Positions 52,548-59,625 of a stretch of DNA of 64,000 bases are shown in pieces. Under the pieces are notes generated by a model. That model saw only the letters and a program-made list of their open reading frames with translations. It had not been told where the DNA came from and made no database searches. Numbering within the stretch: position 1 is the stretch's first letter; each line of letters begins with the position of its first letter. The position numbers were made by a program, and so were the translations under genes. This DNA comes from an uncultured Lachnospiraceae bacterium. Its GTDB lineage: Bacteria > Bacillota > Clostridia > Lachnospirales > Lachnospiraceae. The stretch covers positions 48,564-112,563 of the forward strand of contig CAMNFR010000002.1 of the NCBI GenBank assembly GCA_946537305.1. The letters are read 5' to 3'.

Positions 52548-54236
52548 ATGTATAGAGAAGATGACTTCCCGGAAGAGAACTACCGGGAAGAAGATTACTG
52601 GAATGAGAATTCCTGGGACGACGATTTCCGGGAAGAACGATACAGAGACGAGCCTTACAGAGACGAATCCTACAGAGACGAGCCTTATAGAGACGAGCCT
52701 TACAGAGATGAACCTTACAGAGGCGAATCATATAGAGACGAGTATCACAGAGACAACGCCTATGGGCAGGGAGATAACAGTGCTGGATACAGGAGCAGGA
52801 GAGAGGAACGGAAAAGGCGGCAGCGCAGACGCAGCGTCTTTCACCGCCTGCTGTTCCTGGTCGTTCTGGTGGTCGTCTTGGCTGCGGCTGTCTATATAGG
52901 CGGCTCGCGGCTTGGTCTGCACCTGCAGGTTCCTTCATGGCAGAGCGTCGAGGAGGATGCATCCTCGCTGACACAGCAATTCATCGACGGCGTGCAGGAG
53001 CTGATCGGCGGGAAATCAGAGAGCAGTGAGGATAATAAGGCTGCCGGACAAGAAGAAAATAACGCGGCTGCGCAGGAAGATAGTAATGCGTCCGTGCAGG
53101 GAGATAGTGCGGCAGCACAGTCGGGAGGCGACGCGGCCGCAGAACAGTCAGATGCTGCGGCTGCCGCACAGACGGCGGCAGAGGACGGATCGGATGAAGC
53201 CCTGCATCAGGCGCTGACATCCGGACCCTATTATTTCTATCGTCAGCTCAACGAAGACGATCAGGAAATCTATCGCCTGATCTACGCCGGCGTCACAAAT
53301 ATGGAGAAAGAGATCAGCTGTCCCACGCGGGATTACGAATATGTCTACCGCATAGAGGATCTGATGCTGGCGGATCATCCGGAAATCTTCTGGTATGAGG
53401 GCCGCGGCAACTCCCTGCAGTACGCCTACAAGCTGGTGCTGCAGCCGGAATACACGGTGGATGCCGTTACAAAAGCGGAGCGGGAAAAGAAGATCGCGGA
53501 GGAGACGGCAGAGTTTATGTCGCACGTCGGCCCGGATGAAACCTCCTACGAGCGTCTGGCGACAGCCTTTAACTTTATCACCAACCGGGTGTCATATCAG
53601 GCAAATTCCCCGGATGACCAGAATCTTGTCAGCGCGATGATCCACCACCAAAGCGTGTGCGCGGGTTATGCCAAGGGCGTGCAGTACCTGCTGCAGCAGC
53701 TGGGCATAGAGTGCCTGTATGTATGGGGCAGTGTGGACGGCCGCGGAGATCATGCCTGGAATATCGTTAATCTGGACGGCGTCTACTATCACTCGGACGC
53801 TACCTTCGGCGACCGTTCCTTCACGGATGGCAGCACGGAGGATCATGGCCTACCGGCGGCGCTGGCACAGGAATACGGATATCTGTGCATGAGCGATGAA
53901 AAAGCCCTGCGCGACCGGACCATTTCCATGGACCTGCCGGAGGGCGTCAGCGTGCCGGTCTGCAGTTCAGAGGACCAGTCCTACTACCGCCGGCACGGAT
54001 GGTATTTTGAAACCTATTCCGAGGCCGTCTGGGACGATATGCGTCAGACCCTGGCCTCCGGACAGACATACTGGCGCTACCAGTTCGGAAGTAAAGAAGC
54101 CTACGAAAGCTTCCTGGAAGAGATCGCCGACAACCGGTTCGCCCGGATGGCCCTGGAAGAACTGGGGCTCTCCAGCGTCCGCAGCTATACCAGCCCCAAC
54201 GACACCCTCTGGATCGTCGCCGGTTGGGTGCCGTGA
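52548..54236 (+). CDS. Membrane-anchored transglutaminase-like protein with N-terminal YRDEP repeats
   Basis: 562 aa. N-terminal acidic/aromatic repeats are followed by a TM (LLFLVVLVVVLAAAVYI). The core is CAGYAKGVQYLLQQLGIECLYVWG...GDHAWNIVNLDGVYYHSDAT. It is collinear with 49724-50809. Confidence 0.8.
   Translation: MYREDDFPEENYREEDYWNENSWDDDFREERYRDEPYRDESYRDEPYRDEPYRDEPYRGESYRDEYHRDNAYGQGDNSAGYRSRREERKRRQRRRSVFHRLLFLVVLVVVLAAAVYIGGSRLGLHLQVPSWQSVEEDASSLTQQFIDGVQELIGGKSESSEDNKAAGQEENNAAAQEDSNASVQGDSAAAQSGGDAAAEQSDAAAAAQTAAEDGSDEALHQALTSGPYYFYRQLNEDDQEIYRLIYAGVTNMEKEISCPTRDYEYVYRIEDLMLADHPEIFWYEGRGNSLQYAYKLVLQPEYTVDAVTKAEREKKIAEETAEFMSHVGPDETSYERLATAFNFITNRVSYQANSPDDQNLVSAMIHHQSVCAGYAKGVQYLLQQLGIECLYVWGSVDGRGDHAWNIVNLDGVYYHSDATFGDRSFTDGSTEDHGLPAALAQEYGYLCMSDEKALRDRTISMDLPEGVSVPVCSSEDQSYYRRHGWYFETYSEAVWDDMRQTLASGQTYWRYQFGSKEAYESFLEEIADNRFARMALEELGLSSVRSYTSPNDTLWIVAGWVP
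52641..52757 (+). repeat. 15-bp in-frame tandem repeat (YRDEP/YRDES/YRGES units, about 8 copies)
   Basis: tacagagacgagcct and close variants are repeated head-to-tail. Confidence 0.85.
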
Positions 54237-54260
54237 GAAATCGGGGACAGGTACCGTTTC

Positions 54261-55235
54261 TCATTTCCGAATACTATAGTATTTCGTACCTTTCTTCAGC
54301 TTGCCGCGGCATTCGGCCATCTCGCTGACCGTGACCAGCTGATATCCCTGGTCCACAAGCCAGGGAACGATGGTCTTCGCGGCCTCGGCCGTGGGCTTGT
54401 GAATATCATGCATCAGGATGATATCCCCGTCCCGGACCTCCCGTTTGATGCAGGAAATCGTTGCAGAAGTGCTGCGGGTCTTCCAGTCCAGCGTATCAAT
54501 GGACCAGAGGATCAGCGGCATTTTTGCATTGGAAGCCACGGTGCTGTTAGAGGAACCATACGGCGGCCGCAGCAGCACGGGCTTTTTACCGGTGATTTTT
54601 TTGACCGCTTTATTGGTACGGTTAAGCTGGCTGCGCAGGGAGGAGGCACTGAGCTTGCTCAGATTGCTGTGATCCCAGGAATGATTGCCGATCTCACAGC
54701 CCATCTTATAGGCCTGCTTCAGCTGCTTCTTATACTGGTTCACCCGGTTCCCGACCACGAAGAACGTCGCCAGACCGTCATTTTTCTTCAGGGCGCTCAG
54801 GATAATGGGGGTATAGACAGAGGGGCCGTCGTCATAGGTCAGCGCCACCATCTTGCCCTTTTTATTGATGGATCGGGTCAGAACGCCTTTCTTGCTGAAA
54901 TAGCAGAGCTTCTTGCCGATGGTCTTCTTGCCGGTGACCATATAGCCCTTCTTGTCAAAATAATATTTCTTTTTCTTGACCGTGATCCACTTTTTCTTCA
55001 CCGGGACGCCGTTCTTATAATATTGCTTCCCTTTGGCGGTCTTTACAAAACCATCCGGGTGCGTAACGGCAGCAGCCTTGGTTTCCACGGCGCCGGCGGC
55101 GCTTTCCGAAGAAGACGATTCCGCGGCTAAGGCAGCGGAAGGCAGGACCATCAGCAGAAGAACAGAGAGTAAAACGGACAGCAGAATTCCGGAAAATGTG
55201 GAACCGGAAAGTATATTGCGATAAGATTTTTGCAT
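54261..55235 (-). CDS. Polysaccharide/peptidoglycan deacetylase (NodB domain) with cell-wall-binding repeats
   Basis: 324 aa. It has a signal/TM segment and CW_binding-type repeats (KGKQYYKNGVPV.., KKKYYFDKKGYMVTG, KKLCYFSKKGVL). The NodB motifs are ALTYDDGP, HSWDH and LLRPPYG. Confidence 0.9.
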   Translation of the reverse strand: MQKSYRNILSGSTFSGILLSVLLSVLLLMVLPSAALAAESSSSESAAGAVETKAAAVTHPDGFVKTAKGKQYYKNGVPVKKKWITVKKKKYYFDKKGYMVTGKKTIGKKLCYFSKKGVLTRSINKKGKMVALTYDDGPSVYTPIILSALKKNDGLATFFVVGNRVNQYKKQLKQAYKMGCEIGNHSWDHSNLSKLSASSLRSQLNRTNKAVKKITGKKPVLLRPPYGSSNSTVASNAKMPLILWSIDTLDWKTRSTSATISCIKREVRDGDIILMHDIHKPTAEAAKTIVPWLVDQGYQLVTVSEMAECRGKLKKGTKYYSIRK

Positions 55236-55472
55236 GGCAGCCTCCGGGAAAGATCTGGTGCGGTGTAAATAGATGCGGAAAAGAATCTTTTATTTACAAT
55301 AGTAATATACCATGCCGAAGAAATGAAAACAAGCGGACGAGATAGTTTATGTCAATTTTGCAGCCAGTCTACTCGTATTTCACCTGTATTCTTTCTCAAC
55401 TCTACATCCAGGAGGTGGGAACATGGCTGTTTTTGTGCTATTATAACCTCATCAATCAAAGGAGTAAAAACA

Positions 55473-56381
55473 ATGGATCAGAAGAAGACAGGACAGTACA
55501 TAGCAGAAAAAAGGAAGGCACTCGGTCTTACGCAGGCAAAGCTGGCAGAAATACTGGGCATGAGCGATAAATCCGTTTCCAAATGGGAACGTGGTGTGTG
55601 CCTTCCGGACGTGTCAGTCTATCAGCCGCTGTGCGATATCCTTGGCATCAGTATCAATGAATTTATTGCCGGTGAGGATATCGACGAAGGAAGTCTTGCT
55701 CAAAAATCAGATGAAAATCTGATCCTGGTCTCCGCCGATTCGCTGAAGAGGAGAACGAGACTGAAAAGAGCTGTTGCCGCCGTGACGGCGGCTGCGGTCC
55801 TGCTCTGCGCGACGCTGGGATATGTGCTGGTAAAAGAAGGATACTTTGACCGGAATTATGTGATTCCTTTTTCGATGGGGAGCCCTCAGATGCAGGTGGT
55901 CCAGACGATGTCTGAGGCAGAGGCTTATGTCTTCCAATACGACGCCGATCGATCGTTTCAGAAAATGACCGTCTATGTGACAGAATATAAAAACGGACAG
56001 GAAATTTCCCGTGAACCGTTCATAGAGTTTAATGCGAATGAGCATGACGGGAAATTAAATGGAACGCTCTGCATCACACGGGACAAAAGTACGTATGATA
56101 TGAAGCTGAGCGGGATCCGCGAATTTGAAGATCACAGCGGAACAGCCACTGTGGAGGGCCCTTATCCCGTTAAGGAAAAAATCGGGAACCCGGAAAATTA
56201 CAGTTCCGGTGTCAGCCATGTGGAGGATAAAATAAAAATAATAAATGATCAGGAAATCCGGTTGGTTGCTTTTTCATATCAGAATAACGGAGAGGATCTG
56301 ATCGTAGGTACTGCCGACAGTGAAGAAGATACAGCAGCTTTCAGATTTGTGGTTTCTGTTGTGTTCAGTTCCGATGATTGA
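55473..56381 (+). CDS. XRE-family HTH regulator with TM segment and extracytoplasmic domain
   Basis: I prefer ATG 55473 (SD aaaggag). The sequence begins MDQKKTGQYIAEKRKALGLTQAKLAEILGMSDKSVSKWERG (Cro/C1 HTH), followed by a TM (AVAAVTAAAVLLCATLGYVLV). Confidence 0.8.
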   Translation: MDQKKTGQYIAEKRKALGLTQAKLAEILGMSDKSVSKWERGVCLPDVSVYQPLCDILGISINEFIAGEDIDEGSLAQKSDENLILVSADSLKRRTRLKRAVAAVTAAAVLLCATLGYVLVKEGYFDRNYVIPFSMGSPQMQVVQTMSEAEAYVFQYDADRSFQKMTVYVTEYKNGQEISREPFIEFNANEHDGKLNGTLCITRDKSTYDMKLSGIREFEDHSGTATVEGPYPVKEKIGNPENYSSGVSHVEDKIKIINDQEIRLVAFSYQNNGEDLIVGTADSEEDTAAFRFVVSVVFSSDD

Positions 56382-56399
56382 GATGGTGAGAAACGGGGA

Positions 56400-56775
56400 T
56401 CTGTGCAAAATCCCGGGGCAGCAAATAATCTTTGCTACCCTGGAATTTGCACATCCCAGAGATAATAATCCTGTGCCAAAATTGATTTGTGCAATATTCA
56501 GGATAAATTACAAGATTTGCTACCCTTTTTTCGCTTTTGGATCAAGCAAGAAGGATCAAAAAGGGTAGCAAATCTATTCTACGACCTTGAATATTGCACA
56601 AATCACTCTTTTCAAGAGTCATAAATGGTATATTGTGCAAAATCCGGGGTAGTATATATATTTTACTACCCCGGATTTTGCACTGTGACATGTACCACGA
56701 TCTGTGTCCACGCCCGCCTCCTGGAGGGGGACGCTTAAGCCCCAAAGAATCGACTGCGCCTCTTGCTGGCAATAA
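56400..56775. repeat. Right palindrome-rich repeat mosaic (inverted copy of 7372-7880)
   Basis: See the left copy. It contains a perfect 20-bp hairpin (56635-56654 / 56664-56683, gtgcaaaatccggggtagta) and a perfect 18-bp hairpin (56513-56530 / 56558-56575, agatttgctacccttttt). Confidence 0.6.
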
Positions 56776-56792
56776 TAAGCATCCTACGTATT

Positions 56793-56924
56793 GTCCATGC
56801 CGCCATCTCGTGCCCGCTTCGCGGTCACTCGGTACCGTCCATGCCGCCAACTCGTGCCCGCTTCGCGGGTACTCGGAACCGTCCATGCTGCCAGCTCGTG
56901 CCCGCTTCGCGGTCACTCGCTGTC
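56793..56924. repeat. 44-bp tandem repeat, 3 units (gtccatgc(c/t)gcca.ctcgtgcccgcttcgcgg..actcg.....)
   Basis: Units start at 56793, 56837 and 56881. Only one unit is present in the left copy (8679-). Confidence 0.8.
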
Positions 56925-57032
56925 GCGGCTTTCGCCGTATGCCAAGAAAACATTAAGCAGCCCCGGATGAGCGAGCTCCTCCGTGGCTGCTTAATGTTTT
57001 CTTGGCGCATGGACTCAATGCTTACGCGCAAA
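56881..57032. repeat. Direct-repeat copy R (same orientation as 8679-8830) with 20-bp stem-loop
   Basis: It is near-identical to 8679-8830. The hairpin is gccaagaaaacattaagcag (56941-56960) / ctgcttaatgttttcttggc (56987-57006). Confidence 0.7.
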
Positions 57033-57124
57033 AAGGGTATTTACATTATCATCATTTGCCTATAGAATAGGGTGGATGCGCGTTATAGAACGTGCAAGAA
57101 AGCGAAACGGAGAATCTTAGTATC

Positions 57125-58360
57125 ATGAAAATTTTTCAGCGCGCGGATATCCTGCTTCCGAAGGTGGATTCCATGGGAGACTGGGCTGTCATTGCCTGTG
57201 ATCAGTTCACTTCTCAGCCGGATTACTGGGAGCGTGTCCAGGCCAGAACAGCCGGAAAGCCCTCTGCGGGACACCTGATCATGGCAGAGGTCGATCTGGA
57301 GACCCGCACTGAGGAGCGCATTCGCTCCGTGCAGGAAGCGATGATCGACTACCGCAAGCGCAAACTGTTCACCAAGTATTCCAACTGCTACATCTACGTA
57401 GAGCGCACACTGCTAAACGGCATGGTCCGCCGGGGCATCGTAGGCGTGATCGATCTGGAGTCCTACGACTACAGTACCGATTCCGTATCCCCCATCCGTG
57501 CTTCTGAAGAAACTGTCCTGGGACGCATCCCGATCCGTAAAAAAATCCGAGAAAAAGCGTCGCTGGAATTGTCCCATGTTCTTATGCTGGCCGATGACGA
57601 TCAGATGAGCCTGATCGCTCCGATTACCGAGATCAAAGACGAGCTGCCTCTGCTGTATGACTTCGATCTGATGGAAGGTGGCGGACATATTGCCGGCTAC
57701 CTGGTGTCCGGGGAAGAGGCGGATGCCTTTGATGAGCGCCTGGATGAATACGCGGAGCGCCAGACGGAGGAATACGAGAACCTGGCCGGCACGCCCCTGC
57801 TGTTCGCCGTGGGAGACGGCAACCACTCCATCGTGACCGCCAAGGATGTTTATGAACATGAAAAGGCTGCGCATCCGGAAAAGGATTACTCCAAAAGTCC
57901 GCTGCGCTATACCATGGTAGAGCTGGAAAATCTGTACGATGACGTGCAGGAAATTGACTCCATCTACCGCATTATCAAGCACACCGACCCCGAAAATCTG
58001 CTTTCTGCGATTCAGAGCTACTGCGCAGAAGATGGCTACCCGGTGACCTGGTGTGTCGGCGACAAAGAAGGCGTTATTAAGCTGGATCCCGCCCGTGGTC
58101 CGCTGGCGGTCAGCGTTTTGCAGGATTTTCTGGATTATTATCTGTCGGAGGAAGCCGGAGAGATCGATTACATTCACGGTGCGGATGTGCTGCGGGAGCT
58201 TTCCCGTCAGGAAGGCTGTATTGGTTTTCTGATGTCCCCCATTCGTAAAGAGGACTTGTTCCCCAGCCTGCAGGCCGGCGGTCCGCTGACAAGAAAGGCC
58301 TTTTCCATGGGACAGGCCCGGGAAAAAAGGTACTATCTGGAAGCACGGCGAATCCGGTAA
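57125..58360 (+). CDS. DUF1015-like protein
   Basis: I prefer ATG 57125 (ggag 12 nt upstream) over GTG 57092. LLFAVGDGNHSIVTAK resembles the DUF1015 ..DG.HR..tA motif. The assignment is tentative. Confidence 0.65.
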   Translation: MKIFQRADILLPKVDSMGDWAVIACDQFTSQPDYWERVQARTAGKPSAGHLIMAEVDLETRTEERIRSVQEAMIDYRKRKLFTKYSNCYIYVERTLLNGMVRRGIVGVIDLESYDYSTDSVSPIRASEETVLGRIPIRKKIREKASLELSHVLMLADDDQMSLIAPITEIKDELPLLYDFDLMEGGGHIAGYLVSGEEADAFDERLDEYAERQTEEYENLAGTPLLFAVGDGNHSIVTAKDVYEHEKAAHPEKDYSKSPLRYTMVELENLYDDVQEIDSIYRIIKHTDPENLLSAIQSYCAEDGYPVTWCVGDKEGVIKLDPARGPLAVSVLQDFLDYYLSEEAGEIDYIHGADVLRELSRQEGCIGFLMSPIRKEDLFPSLQAGGPLTRKAFSMGQAREKRYYLEARRIR

Positions 58361-58441
58361 ATTTTTCTTGCCTTTTCAAGCAGAATATACTATTCTATAA
58401 GGTGATAAAACAGCTTTTAATATGCTACGGGAGGGACAACC

Positions 58442-59290
58442 ATGGCAGAACCGAGAGCCTCCAGAGAAGGCTATCGCACCCGTTCATCCGAAAACCGAAC
58501 ACCCTCAAGGCGGCCGAGAAGGCGTCGTCGCAGATACTCTTATCGCCTTTATGTGATGATAGGCGTACTGATCCTGCTGCTTTTGCTGCTGGTCTTTCTG
58601 CTGTCGAAGCTTTTTGGCGGCGGAGGAGATAAAAAGGCCGCAGAGACCACGATGGCTCCGGAAAGTGCCATTGAGACTACTGCTGCAGAGACAACAGCGG
58701 CCGCTATACCGGCTCCGACAGCTGCGCCGGCGGCAGCCAATGAATGGTACCTGATCCTGGTGAACAAGGACAATCCTGTTCCGGAGGATTATCAGGTGGA
58801 ACTGACCAGTCTCCGCAATGATCAGTCCGTGGACTCCCGTATTTATCCGGACCTTCAGGCCATGTTCGATGAAATGCGTGCGCAGGGCCTCTCCCCCATG
58901 ATCACCTCCTCCTACCGCTCCGCGGAAGATCAGCAGAAGATCATGGATAACAAGATCGCCGAGTACAAGGAGCAGGGCTACACCGATGAGGATGCCCGCG
59001 AGCTGGCCGAAGAATGGGTGGCCAAGCCCGGTACCAGCGAGCATCAGCTGGGCATCTGCATTGATATCTCCTCCACCGACAGCGAAGATAGCGACATGAA
59101 GGTGAACGTGTGGAACTGGCTGATCGACAACAGCTACAAATACGGGTTCATCCAGCGCTATCCAGAAGACAAAACGGAAATCACCGGGATCATCAACGAG
59201 CCCTGGCATTACCGTTATGTAGGAAAAGAAGCAGCAAAGGAGATCTTCGACCAGAACATTACCCTGGAAGAATATCTGGGCGTATATTGA
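58442..59290 (+). CDS. M15B-family D-alanyl-D-alanine carboxypeptidase (VanY-like), membrane anchored
   Basis: 282 aa. A basic N-terminus and a TM segment are followed by SYRSAEDQ, GTSEHQLGICIDI and EPWHYRYVG (VanY/M15 zinc-ligand motifs). Confidence 0.9.
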   Translation: MAEPRASREGYRTRSSENRTPSRRPRRRRRRYSYRLYVMIGVLILLLLLLVFLLSKLFGGGGDKKAAETTMAPESAIETTAAETTAAAIPAPTAAPAAANEWYLILVNKDNPVPEDYQVELTSLRNDQSVDSRIYPDLQAMFDEMRAQGLSPMITSSYRSAEDQQKIMDNKIAEYKEQGYTDEDARELAEEWVAKPGTSEHQLGICIDISSTDSEDSDMKVNVWNWLIDNSYKYGFIQRYPEDKTEITGIINEPWHYRYVGKEAAKEIFDQNITLEEYLGVY

Positions 59291-59369
59291 TGTGACAAGG
59301 GGACGTACCTTCTGTCACACATTGCAAGCGATGTGTGTGTGACAGAAGGTACGTCCCCTTGTCACATCA
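59288..59369. terminator. 34-bp perfect inverted repeat (hairpin) immediately at the VanY-like stop codon
   Basis: tgatgtgacaaggggacgtaccttctgtcacaca (59288-59321) is the exact reverse complement of 59336-59369, with a 14-nt loop. No canonical U-run follows, so the terminator function is uncertain. Confidence 0.55.
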
Positions 59370-59625
59370 TTGTGTTTACAAAAAAATAACGAACAAATTT
59401 GGAAGACTTTCTGTGCGCCGTGATCATACGGCTCACGGGAGGTCTTTCTTTTATTAATGCTCCCCGGATTTTACCGGATCGTGTAACAAAAACCGGCCGG
59501 AAACGTCTTCCGAAAGCCTTTAACCGTGACAAAAAGTGATGGTTACCCTCACTTTTAGTTTGTGGACAATCGGGAAGGAATGGGGTATCCTGTGATTCAC
59601 CGCGGGAGGAACGGAGGATCGGCAG

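Noticed and set aside
54234-54263. Bidirectional terminator between the convergent genes 52548-54236 and 54261-55235
   Set aside because: The only structure is a 7-bp AT-rich stem (tgagaaa/tttctca) with a 16-nt loop. That is too weak to call.
56793-56924. Possible mini-CRISPR (three 44-bp units)
   Set aside because: The units are directly adjacent without spacers. A single unit also occurs at 8679, so this behaves as a tandem-repeat module of an intergenic repeat family.
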